Program-made: the position numbers and the translations under genes | Source: Eledone cirrhosa | Lineage: Eukaryota | Direction: 5' to 3' | Assembly: GCA_964016885.1 (NCBI GenBank) | Contig: OZ024742.1 | Coordinates: 13,826,001-13,890,000 of the forward strand | Length of the DNA: 64,000 nucleotides | Notes under the pieces: generated by a model | What the model was told of the DNA's origin: nothing | The model's database searches: none | Seen by the model: the letters and a program-made list of their open reading frames with translations, nothing else | Shown here: positions 1 to 9,565 of the stretch, in pieces | How the letters are laid out: every line of letters starts with the position of its first letter | How positions within the stretch are numbered: the stretch's first letter is position 1

Positions 1-245
1 CACAATCATTAGGTCCCAGGTTCGATACTGTTGTGAGAAATATTGGGCAAGTATAATTTACCATAGCCTCGGGTATACCCATGTCTTGTGAGCGAAACTG
101 GGGTAGATGGAAACCCGTTGGAAGCCCGTCGGATGGAATGTACCAGTAATTCCATGGGCCAGTCTTCTCATACTTTGTTACGCTGACTCTCCCTGAGAAT
201 TTTGCTTAGAGTAGAGATGTCTGTGGAATACTCAACCAATTTAAG
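1..245 (+). mobile_element. Degenerate tRNA-derived SINE (5' truncated by the window)
   Basis: B-box-like GGTTCGATAC, followed by TTGGGCAAGT...CCATAGCCTCGGG...CTTGTGAG...GGTAGATGGAAA...GAAGCCCGTC. A colinear diverged copy follows at ~262-600. Confidence 0.6.
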
Positions 246-261
246 ATGAACGCAGCATTGT

Positions 262-600
262 CAAACGGTTAAGAGGTTCGTTTCGCAATAATTAAGTCCC
301 AGGATCAATCCCACAACGTGGCTTCTTGGTCAAATGTCATTTACCATGACCACGGGTCAACCTATGCCTTGTGGGTGAAACTTGGCAGACAGAGACCATT
401 TAAAAGCCTATCAGGAGGATTGTATCTATAAGACAAAGGACCAGATGTGTCATACACTCTATCACGCTGAATTGTGATGAGAATTACTTTAAGGCTACAC
501 GTGTGAGTGAAATATTCAATCACTTAGACGTTAATTTCATGAACAAGCTGTTCCGTTAGTCAAACAACTGGAACACTCATCGTAGAAACTGGTGGAGGAA
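262..600 (+). mobile_element. Degenerate tRNA-derived SINE, second copy of the family at 1-245
   Basis: Shares blocks in order with 1-245 (gtcccagg, tttaccat, cttgtg, acgctga, gagaatt). Confidence 0.55.
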
Positions 601-808
601 CATTCTTTCTTTGCTGATTCTACAAATAAATTCTATCAGAACCACAAGAACGTCTTGGCGAGAATGGATGTCGATTAATTGATTCCTCTACTGGAATGGT
701 ATTTAGTTTATCAACTCTGAAGGATAAAATATTAACTCAACATCAGCGGCATTTGAACTGAGAACGTAAACTGCCACCAAACATTTGAGCTGTGTTTTGA
801 CCTTCATA

Positions 809-1003
809 TGGCTTAGTGGTTAGTGTGTTGAGCTGACAGTCATGAGGTTGTGAGTTTGATTCCCGGAGCGAGCGATGTGTTGTGCCCTGGAGCAAGACAC
901 TTTATTTCACGTTGCTCTACCAGTTTACTCAGCTGTAGAAATGAGTTGCGACGTCACTGGTGCCAAAATGTGTCGGCCTTTGTCTTTCCCTTGAACAACA
1001 TCA
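809..1003 (+). mobile_element. tRNA-derived SINE with a CORE-like central block
   Basis: A-box TGGCTTAGTGG, B-box-like GTTTGATTCC and central TGTGCCCTGGAGCAAGACACTTTATTTC. Related copies lie at 2601-2720 (+), 10480-10745 (-) and 10812-10925 (-). Confidence 0.75.
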
Positions 1004-1080
1004 CATATGGTGTGTATGTGTGTGTGTATATATATATATATAATACAATACCTAGTGTATATATAGTGTATTTATATATA

Positions 1081-1205
1081 TTACAAATGTTTCTCCGGCG
1101 AACAGCTAAGGAACTTGCGAATCGAGAGGAACTTGCGAATCCAGAGTCAGGTTCGATCCACAAACAGATCGTACCTCGAGCTGTTCGCCGGAGAAACATT
1201 TGTAA
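1081..1205. mobile_element. Small MITE-like element with perfect 27-bp TIRs, flanked by TA
   Basis: TTACAAATGTTTCTCCGGCGAACAGCT (1081-1107) is the exact reverse complement of 1179-1205. TA on both sides; internal direct repeat AGGAACTTGCGAATC x2. Confidence 0.7.
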
Positions 1206-1336
1206 TACGTAATAAATTTGTGTTCCGATGCATCACTGATTCTTCGTTTTCCATATTATCATACTCTGCTCCGAAGGAGCATAGAGTGCTCAACCGGCAT
1301 ACCGCCTATGGACGCATCCAAGCAACCTTACCACAA

Positions 1337-1341
<5 letters not shown>

Positions 1342-1397
<56 letters not shown>
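1342..1397. repeat. (TA)n microsatellite
   Basis: Direct inspection. Confidence 0.95.
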
Positions 1398-1399
<2 letters not shown>

Positions 1400-1602
1400 T
1401 TCTGTTGCTTCACCATTTTGTTTGTTTACCCTCGCGTCCCCTTTATTTACGTGTCCCAACGACTTTTTTTAGCCGTTGCTCGCACCAACCGGAGGTATAT
1501 GGTCTTTAAAGCGATGAAATGCTTATGATGGTTGGAAGACCACTGATGAAGGACACACTTTTTTCATATGTAACCCATTTGCAACTCCGCAGCGTCCTTA
1601 TT

Positions 1603-1605
<3 letters not shown>

Positions 1606-1685
<80 letters not shown>

Positions 1686-1695
1686 TATATATATA
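1606..1695. repeat. (TA)n microsatellite
   Basis: Direct inspection. Shorter (TA)n tracts are also at ~1028, 6454, 8536 and 8705. Confidence 0.95.
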
Positions 1696-1885
1696 ATTGT
1701 TTCTATTTTAGGCACAAGGCCAGAAATTACCCAGTCCATTACTGGTACTTTATTTTATCGACCCCGTAAGGATGAAAGGCAAAGTTAACTTCGGCGGGAT
1801 TTGAACTCAGATCATAAAGGGACGTAACGCTATGCTTCAAAGCATGGTACCCGACTCTCTACCGATACTGCCAATCCACCGCCCT
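1696..1885 (-). mobile_element. tRNA-derived SINE, third family
   Basis: Block ACTGGTACTTTATTTTATCGACCCC..GGATGAAAGGCAAAGT..CGGCGGGATTTGAACTC (the reverse strand gives the B-box GAGTTCAAATCC). It recurs at ~690-770, 2900-2965, 3040-3205 and 5215-5370 (-), and at ~3360-3410 and 7365-7430 (+). Confidence 0.75.
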
Positions 1886-2046
1886 TATATATATATAATA
1901 AGAAGTTGACGGACCCAGCATAGGTATCACTGCTAGGACCGGTTACATCTCAGCCTACTCAATAGGCAATGTAAAATACACTCCCAGAGTATACACATAG
2001 TTATTCGCTTCAATACAACACACGTAAACGGGTACCTATAGTAGTT

Positions 2047-2157
2047 CCCGAACTCGAGTTTCGGCCACACTTAATGCAGCAGTAGGGTACACTGCACCAT
2101 ATGTCTGCATATATTATGCAACAATGCATAATCGGCGCATGTAGCTTCCTCAGCGGG
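2047..2157 (-). ncRNA. Candidate type-I hammerhead ribozyme (Penelope/retrozyme-like)
   Basis: Minus strand reads CCCG-CUGAGGA-A-GCUACA...UGUGGC-C-GAAAC-UCGA-GUU-CGGG. It has the conserved CUGANGA and GAAA core, stem I CCCG/CGGG, stem II GCUACA/UGUGGC and a minimal stem III with a palindromic UCGA loop. Confidence 0.6.
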
Positions 2158-2844
2158 TTTCGCCTAATCAATAACCAATCGATCGACAGAATTCGACTCC
2201 AGTCCATGCCGGCTATGACTGCTTGTGACGGCCGAAACAGTAACGGGATTAGCAACTGGGATCTGATATAATGCTGTCCCCCGACCGGCCACCGATTTGT
2301 TAATTTACGTGATGGCAGGAGATTAAAAATCAAATAGTTCTGCTCTCGTCATAAGCTCTCAGCCAACGTGTCTCAAACACAAATTAATAAGTTAGTGAAA
2401 ATTTGTTATTAGAAAAGCAGTCTCACATCGCTGAATGGTAGCATTCGGCTCTAGTCTCCAACTCCCATGGCGAGAAAATCGCGATAGTAACACTGGTAGT
2501 GCCTACAACCTTTCTGGACAGTAAATGTCAACAGCTATTACACAGCGATATAGAGTAGCGTGTGTGTGTGTGTAAATATAATGTATATAATGTGTATATA
2601 TGAGTTGTCACGTCACTGGTGCCAAGCTGTATCAGCCTTTGCTTTTCCCTTGAACAACATCGGTGGCGTGGAGAGGAGAGACTGGTATATATGGGAGACT
2701 ACTGGTCTTCCACAAACAACTTTGCTAGGACTTGTGCCTCGGAGGGGGTTCCAAGTCCATGGTCATTTGTGGCCGAAGATGATGCCGAAAAGACTTGGAA
2801 ATATAAAAATGAGAAAAGTTACAAAAGTTTTTAATATAAACACA

Positions 2845-3208
2845 AGGTTAGAAATATTTAAAGGGAAGGGAGAGTTGGTTAAATCAACCTCAGTGCATTA
2901 CTGGTACTTTATTTTATCGACCTGGAAAAGATGAAAGGCAATGGCGGGATTTGAACTCAGAACATAAAGAACCGTAAGTAAATGCTGCAATCCTTTTGGT
3001 CCAACTATTTTGCCAATACATCATTTTCCGTTAACTAAATAATGGTTTCTAATTTAGGCACAAGGCCAGCAATTTGTGGGAAGGAGAAAGTCAATTATAT
3101 CGGCCTCTGTACTTTACTAATATATGAAAAGTAAAGTTGCCCTAGGCGGAGTTTTCAACTCGGAATATTTTGTCCGGTGCTCTACTTATTCTGCCAATCC
3201 ACTGCTCT
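2845..3208 (-). mobile_element. Two adjacent degenerate copies of the 1696-1885 SINE family
   Basis: ctggtacttttattttatcgacc..gatgaaaggca..ggcgggatttgaactcag, followed by ggtttctaatttaggcacaaggccag..gaaaagtaaagttg..ctgccaatcc. Confidence 0.65.
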
Positions 3209-4179
3209 ATGAGGAAACGTAATAAAACTCTAAGAAATCTAATTTAATTTGCAAATTTTAAATCCCCAAATGAAGGATATGAGGAGATAGTGACAAAAAC
3301 GGTAGAGACCTTGATAAAACAACTTGCTGTATTTCGTTACACCATTTCACTTTTTAACTTAACTGGAGTTAACTTTGCTTTTATACTTCACGGGTCTATA
3401 ATATAGATACTATTGAACTGTGGAAATCGATGTAATTGATTGTTTAACCTCCTTAAATGTGTTCATTTTAATCCACAAAACCATAGAAAATATAGCAAAA
3501 CTTAAAGGTTATCTCCCTTTGGTAAAGAAAAATAAATCTTGTAAATATCAAATTGAGTAACTTCCCTTGAATATAAATTTATAAATATATTGCTTAAAAG
3601 TAGTCGGAATAATTTCACTAAAAATTTAAATCAAAATTTCAGAAAGAGTAGACCAAAACGAAAATGTTGTTAGTAAATTACATATATATAAATATATACA
3701 CACATAAATATATATAATTGTGCAACATTAAAGGAATATTGAAATCCGGGCTTCTATGTTCATTGATTTTATTTTAAACGCAAAATAATTGATATAAGTT
3801 TAACAATTAAATAAATAAAGAATGTAAATAATGAAATAATAATTTTATTAGCAATTCAGTACAAGCTAATAGTAATTGATAATATAAGTACGAGCGTATT
3901 TGGTACCGATACATAGAAATATATTCTTATGTTTGCTGTGTGTGACGTTGCAGGCCAAGTTAATGGATATTAAGGAGAAATAGCAGCAGTAAAGATTCAA
4001 CCGATTGTTAAAAATATTACTTATTCTCCGACTTTGCTTTTTCCTAAATCGTGTGGCTTTTGAATATTTCGTTTCGGTGTATCGAACATTTTATATTAAC
4101 TTTTGGTTGGTTGATATAAAAATATTCTAAACGAAACAACAGAGACCGTGCATTTGCTTCCAGGGACTAAAACAATATT

Positions 4180-5055
4180 CGGCACTACAACGCTATTAGC
4201 TGTCAGTCGAAAGCAGCCGATGAAAGCAAAACATCGTTTATTTCCGTATTACTACCACGCGTAAGTGGAGTTACTTAAATGAAATTTTTTTTTTCACGCG
4301 TTTTTTTAATTTTTTTTTAATTTTTTATTAAAGCATATAGATGTAAGTGGAGTTACTTAAATGAAAATATCACGCGTTTTTTTTTAATTTTTTTTTTATT
4401 AAAGCATATCGATGTAAGTGGAGTTACTTAAACATAGGTGGCCCTTAAAAGGGCCAAATTAGAAAACAAATTTTTTTCACCAACCCTTTATGAAGAAATG
4501 TTTAGAAAACAAATTTTTTTCACCAACCTTATTCAAAAGCATGGATACAGTCCACATGGAGACAAGAGACAGTCCCCATGGAGATTGATGGTATCTGCTG
4601 TAGTAGCGGTAGCGATGGAAAGATCGCGATGGTTAATTCCATTAACAATTTGGCCCTTTTGCCCTTTTAAGGGCCACCTATATTTTCATTTAAGTTAACT
4701 CCACTGTTGGTGAAAATGACTTGTTTTCTACATTGATAACCATGACTATGAAAATATAGTTCATGGTATTAGCTGTCAGAAGTAATTCTACTGTTGGTGA
4801 AAATGACTTGTTTTCTACATTGATAACCATGACTCTGAAAATATAAATGATTAAATCCAATTTATTTGATAACCATGACTTGTTTTCTAATTAACTTAAA
4901 TTTGTTTTTTAATTTGGCCCTTTTAAGGGCCAGCTATGTGAAAACTCCACTTACGCGTGGTAGTAATACGGAAATAAACGATGACGAATGACGTCACCTT
5001 CGCCTGCTTTCATCGGCTGCTTTCACGACTGACAGCTAATAGCGTTGTAGTGCCC
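4180..5055. mobile_element. Foldback-type non-autonomous element with long modular TIRs
   Basis: GGCACTACAACGCTATTAGCTGTCAGTCG...CATCGTTTATTTCCGTATTACTACCACGCGTAAGTGGAGTT (4181-4272) is mirrored at 4943-5054. The block GGCCCTTAAAAGGGCCAAATT is also mirrored, and AATATT flanks both ends. Confidence 0.75.
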
Positions 5056-5212
5056 AATATTCATACATTGTGCAAGCTGCTACAACAAATATATTTATAT
5101 GTACTTAATTAAAATAAAATAAAAAGAATCTATAAACTTTGATCTTCTAAACACCATATTTATTTATCTGATACATAAATACATTTTACTGTATCTTTCG
5201 TACATTATCAGA

Positions 5213-5370
5213 ATAATAGTTTCTAATTTAGCAACATGTGAGAATACCGACCTCACAACTTTATTTTATCGATCCTAGAACGATGAAAGGTAAAGTTAAT
5301 CTCGGGGAGAATTGAACTCAGAATTGAAAGGGGCGTAACTCTATCAGACGCTTTAACTATCTGCCAACCC
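5213..5370 (-). mobile_element. SINE copy immediately upstream of UCHL5
   Basis: actttattttatcgatcc..gatgaaaggtaaagttaatctcgg..ttgaactcag..ctgccaa matches the 1696-1885 family. Confidence 0.65.
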
Positions 5371-5371
5371 A

Positions 5372-5394
5372 ACTTCCGGTTATTGTTACTTCCG
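5372..5394 (+). promoter_or_regulatory. Tandem ETS/GABP-type motifs in the probable UCHL5 promoter or 5'UTR
   Basis: ACTTCCGG at 5372-5379 and ACTTCCG at 5388-5394, 30-50 nt upstream of the ATG. This is typical of TATA-less housekeeping promoters. Confidence 0.5.
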
Positions 5395-5422
5395 TTAAAA
5401 TTTAAACCCCGAATTTGTGATA

Positions 5423-5498
5423 ATGTCGGGTACAGCCGGAGATTGGTGTTTAATAGAAAGTGATCCGGGTGTATTTACTGAACTGATTAGAGGTTTCG
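5423..5498 (+). CDS. UCHL5: Ubiquitin C-terminal hydrolase L5 (UCH37), coding exon 1
   Basis: ATG at 5423 translates MSGTAGDWCLIESDPGVFTELIRGF(G), matching the UCHL5 N-terminal motif W(C)LxESDPGVFTELI. Ends at the donor G|GTAAGT; 76 nt, phase 1. Confidence 0.95.
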
Positions 5499-5609
5499 GT
5501 AAGTGCTGCTTTAGAGAATTACTCTGTCTCATGGAAAACCCGACAAAGTTTCAATATCTTTCTTGAAAGTCTTTTTAAATGATTTATGCTGATACATGTG
5601 TCGTGAATG

Positions 5610-5900
5610 CCGTGTAAATAGTACACCTCTCTCCCTTTATATTCTTTGATGAATTTTCTACTTTAACAATCTGTCGTTTTAATAGTACATTATTTTGGCG
5701 TGTAAATAGTACACCCCCTCTTCGTTTATATTTATTATTCATTTATTTCTACAATTTAACAATCTGCCGTCTTTACACATCGTTTACCGTGTAAATAGTA
5801 CATCTCCCTTCCTTCGTGTATATTCCTTGTTGAATTTTCTACACTTTAACATCTGCCGTCTTCATAGTACATCATAATACCGTGGAAATAGTACATATTT
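5610..5900. repeat. ~90-bp degenerate tandem repeat (about 3.3 copies) in intron 1
   Basis: CGTGTAAATAGTACA...TTTAACA(A)TCTG(C/T)CGT recurs near 5610, 5698, 5787 and 5880. Confidence 0.8.
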
Positions 5901-6452
5901 CGCTTCATCATGTTGTACTCAATATTATTTCTCCATAATACACAACTTGATATATTTTTATAACCCAATATTTCTTAATATTGTGTTAATCGTGGTCTTT
6001 CTCTCTTTGTCAATAATAAATATATCAAAGCTGTTATCGAGAATAGTTTATATCTCAACTCTTTATTTACCGTTAATATTTCTCTCGATTGTTTTTTTAT
6101 GTATAATCTACTGTTTGTATTTCTTCTCTCTCTCTCTCTCTATATATATATATTGTTTATGTTCATACATAGAACATATGTGTGTGGTAAATATGTTATG
6201 TTGTTTAATAGATTCTGAAGAAATCCATTCAGTAGAAATGTATTTTTCTTACTGTATTGATTGAAACGTTCTTAAATCGATTAAATAATTTAGTCCTGAT
6301 TATTTTTATTCATTATATATATGTATATATATTGGTGAGAAGCAGGCGAAACTCCAGAGTAACAAGACTCACTATTTAGCCTTGATAAAAATAAATATTT
6401 AAACTCTACTTCAATATTGAGTACTCTTTCCTCTTGGCAGTCAACAACATAC

Positions 6453-6484
<32 letters not shown>

Positions 6485-7020
6485 TTAGTGTAACCAACTA
6501 GTATTACAATTTATTCAGTTGTATAAATATTACAAATTGTTCACAATTCTTTCAGAAATAAAATATAAACATATATAATAAATACAATTAACTATTGTTA
6601 GGAACCTCACAAATATAACACCACCAGGTATCAAAGCTATTCTATCAATAATGTATAGCTTTTTGTTTTTCTCTTCTTTTCTTCATTCATTCATTTTCTT
6701 TTTTTTTCTTTCAATTTTCTCCATATGTCATTATTCACCACATGATGGAATTCAAGAGTCGACTGTCTAGAAATAGCAGCCAAATCGGCTTTATTCACAG
6801 TTGTAAAAATTATATTACAAACTGTTCACAATTTTTTCATCATCATCATCATCATCGATTAACGTCCATCTTCCACGCTAGCATGGGTTAGACGGGGGGT
6901 CCTATTTATAGGCAAGATGGGTCGGGTGACCGTATCTCGCTCATATAGGGGTGTTTCTGGCTGGATGCCCTTCCTAACGCCAACCACATTGACTGTGTGC
7001 TAGGTGCTTTTCCACATGGT

Positions 7021-7198
7021 AGAAATAGCTGCTAAATCCTCATCAAACCACATTGCCCCTTACTGTTTTTAAAAAAAGGACACATTGGATAGTGTGACAC
7101 TTGGTTCTGAACACATATTGAATAGACAAGATGGTCATGATTGGAACACCTTTGATCATACGTCTACTTGGTCAGAAGTGACTGGAGCTAAACAAAGA
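7021..7198 (+). repeat. Dispersed repeat of unknown class
   Basis: agaaatagctgctaaatc...gatggtcatgattggaacacctttgatcatacgtctac. A related 5' piece is at 6769-6786 and an inverted diverged copy at ~13090-13191. Confidence 0.5.
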
Positions 7199-7636
7199 AG
7201 CCTCTACTTGGATGTTTGACATATTAGAAATAGCAACCTAATCTCCCTCAACAGCCTACTGTTTGAGAAAAAAGAATATTGATTAATGTAATCCCACAGA
7301 AAGTGGCAAATTGGTAAAGTTAGAACCCGGGATAGAATATTTGCAGTATTCCGGCTGTCTGTACAAATCCTGCTGAGATCAACTTTGCCTTTCATCCTTT
7401 CAAGGTCTATAAAAAGTACCAGTCTAGTACTGAGGCAGATTCTTCCTCTCTTTCTCACTTTGTATCCTTCCCTTGAAGAAATTGCTGTATTCAGACCTGA
7501 AGAGGAAATAGGAGGCTCCACCAGGTTTTTAAATGCCTTAGAAATGTGATATGTCAATAGGGTGTCCCTATAACACCATCAGGAGTTACAGGTCCATACA
7601 TGCATGTATGTAATCCCACAGATCCATAAAAACGGA

Positions 7637-7865
7637 GTGGTCACATCTGTGAGTGTAATGGCTGATTTGAGGCCAAACTATAACCACAGTGGTCACATCT
7701 GTGAGTGTAGTGTAATGGCTGATCTGAAGCCAAACTATAACCAGTGGTCACATCTGTCTAGTGTAGTATAATGGCTGATCTGAGGCCAAACTATAACCAG
7801 TGGTCACATCTGTTTAGTGTAATGGCTGATCTGAAGTTCAACTGGAACCAAAGTGGTCACATCTG
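7637..7865. repeat. 52-56 bp minisatellite (about 4.3 copies)
   Basis: GTGGTCACATCTG..GTGTAATGGCTGAT(C/T)TGAGGCCAAACTATAACCA starts at 7637, 7689, 7744, 7800 and 7853. Confidence 0.9.
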
Positions 7866-7904
7866 ATGTTGTCATGGTGTTGATCAAATATATCTTGTAA
7901 TGCA

Positions 7905-8213
7905 GTTTCATGTGGTACAGCATGTTAAGATTTAAACACACACACAGTTAGTTTCATGTGGTACAGTATGTTAAGATTTAAACACACACACACACACACA
8001 CACACACAAGTAGTTTCATGAGGTACAGCATGTTAAGATTTAAACACACACACACAGGCAGTTTCATGTGGTACAGGATGTTAAGATTTAAACACACACA
8101 CACAGGTAGTTTCATGTGGTACAGGATGTTAAGATTTAGACACACACACACACAGAGGCAGTTTCATGTGGTACAGGATGTTAAAATTTAAACACATACA
8201 CACACAGGTAGTT
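7905..8213. repeat. Minisatellite with an embedded variable (CA)n tract (6 copies)
   Basis: GTTTCATGTGGTACAG(C/G/T)ATGTTAAGATTTAAA(CA)n repeated. Confidence 0.9.
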
Positions 8214-8323
8214 TTTCTCTGTCTTCTGTTCCTCTAACTGTATTGTTTAAGAAATTATATCAATTTTTTTTAAAGCCCTTAAATTGATGACCCATCTTAT
8301 TAATTCTATTTTCTCTAACATAG

Positions 8324-8387
8324 GTGTAAAAGGAATTCAAGTAGAAGAAATATGGAGTTTAGATTCTGACAGCTTTAAAAATTTAAA
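8324..8387 (+). CDS. UCHL5: UCHL5 coding exon 2
   Basis: Acceptor ttttctctaacatag|GT and donor AA|gtaagt. 64 nt, in frame with exon 1, translating (G)VKGIQVEEIWSLDSDSFKNL(K); QVEEIWSL is the UCHL5 motif. Confidence 0.95.
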
Positions 8388-8554
8388 GTAAGTTATTTTT
8401 ATTGTTTTTAAATATACTATTTAACTCATTCAATGCAAACCACTGCTTCTATGATACAAAACTTCTTATGTTAAAGTGTTCAAATTAAAACTGTTTATCA
8501 TAATGTTTTAGTCATTTTGCAAAGATCAACTTCCCATATATATATATATATATA

Positions 8555-8640
8555 TAGAAGTGGTTACACAACAGTGAGTTCACCATACCGAGAACAATTG
8601 TTCTCGGTATGGTGAACTAACTGTTGTGTAACCACTTCTA
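8555..8640. repeat. 86-bp spacerless palindrome
   Basis: TAGAAGTGGTTACACAACAGTGAGTTCACCATACCGAGAACAA|TTGTTCTCGGTATGGTGAACTAACTGTTGTGTAACCACTTCTA, with one mismatch (8576/8619). Confidence 0.95.
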
Positions 8641-8704
8641 CCTAACTCATCCCATGGACTGAGTGCTATACCACTACGGATATTGCCTTCCAGTGTTCCA
8701 CCAC

Positions 8705-8735
<31 letters not shown>

Positions 8736-9037
8736 GAATATAAACCACCCCAACCCTATTTTATATCTGAGAAATGGGCAAAATATTCAAACCCCGTTTA
8801 TAAGCTGGGGCAGCTAATCAACACATTATTTAGATGGTGTATATAAGCCAACTCAAGCGGACGTAAAATGATGATGATGATGATGATGATTCCTCGGCTT
8901 ATATTCAAGTGTATACAGTAGTAATGAGAAAGTTTGTTAAATGACTAAATCCCTCCAAAATGTTAATTAGTTTCAAAATTAATCAGACACATAGTGTATA
9001 TCAAGGGAAAATGTCAACACAATGGGAATTCTACTTA

Positions 9038-9200
9038 CCGTATATACTTGGATAGAAGCTGAGGAATATGTGACCTAAAGATCAATGGTAGAAGTTGGGG
9101 GTCAGCTTATATTTGGGGTCAATATTTTGATAGTTTTCACCAACTTCAAATTCTACATAAGTAACATTTGCATTTTTGCTCATTTCTCAGACATAAAATC
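9038..9200 (+). mobile_element. Tc1/mariner-superfamily (Tc2/pogo-like) MITE, 3' truncated
   Basis: Begins ta|CCGTATATACTTGGATAGAAGCTGAGG and is colinear with 12754-12905. An inverted copy is at ~8737-8920, ending CCTCGGCTTATATTCAAGTGTATACAG|ta. Confidence 0.7.
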
Positions 9201-9304
9201 GTGTGATTCACTTAGCCTTGATGGTGATATATCTGTATATCAGTTCTGATTTTGTAGTGTGTAACTCTTTATTCCTCCATAATTAACTGTTCTGTCTGTT
9301 GTAG

Positions 9305-9410
9305 ACCTGTCCATGGACTTATTTTCCTTTTTAAATGGGTGCCGGAGACAGAACCAGATGGATCAATTGTACGAGACAATCGGCTGAACCAAATATTCTT
9401 TGCTAAACAG
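9305..9410 (+). CDS. UCHL5: UCHL5 coding exon 3
   Basis: Acceptor tctgtctgttgtag|A and donor CAG|gtaaga. 106 nt translating (K)PVHGLIFLFKWVPETEPDGSIVRDNRLNQIFFAKQ; includes GLIFLFKW and the oxyanion-hole Gln of FAKQ. Confidence 0.96.
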
Positions 9411-9510
9411 GTAAGATTGATTATAAAACCCTTGCTAAACACGTAAGATTAATTATACAAGCCTTGTTAAACAGGTAAGATTAATTATACAACCCTTACT
9501 AAACAGATAT
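9399..9510 (+). repeat. 32-bp tandem repeat spanning the exon 3 donor
   Basis: TTGCTAAACAG|GTAAGATT(G/A)ATTATA(A/C)AA(C/G)C, with donor-equivalent positions at 9411, 9443, 9475 and 9507 (the last mutated to AT). Confidence 0.9.
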
Positions 9511-9565
9511 GGGAGAAAAATTCTAAAAAGCAAAACTTGTAACATACATACCAATTTCCAACCTA

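Noticed and set aside
809-870. tRNA gene
   Set aside because: A/B-box-like motifs continue directly into SINE body sequence shared with other copies, and no convincing cloverleaf forms.
2230-2248. Plus-strand hammerhead half GGCCGAAACAGTAACGGGA
   Set aside because: It resembles the minus-strand motif at 2046-2066, but there is no upstream CTGANGA and no feasible stem III loop.
850-2934. Short ORFs (e.g. 850-1212, 1218-1472, 1519-1788, 2010-2333, 2560-2934) as genes
   Set aside because: They run through SINEs and (TA)n tracts (IYIYIY) and show no recognisable domains.
4438-4698. 86-aa ORF as the transposase of the foldback element
   Set aside because: It is short, starts at GTG, is built from the internal repeats and has no DDE or DNA-binding motifs.
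6332-6365. Second hammerhead (GAAACTC-CA-GAGTA) in a TA-flanked insert
   Set aside because: A stem III-like half is present, but the upstream core reads TTGGTGA rather than CTGANGA and no stem II forms.
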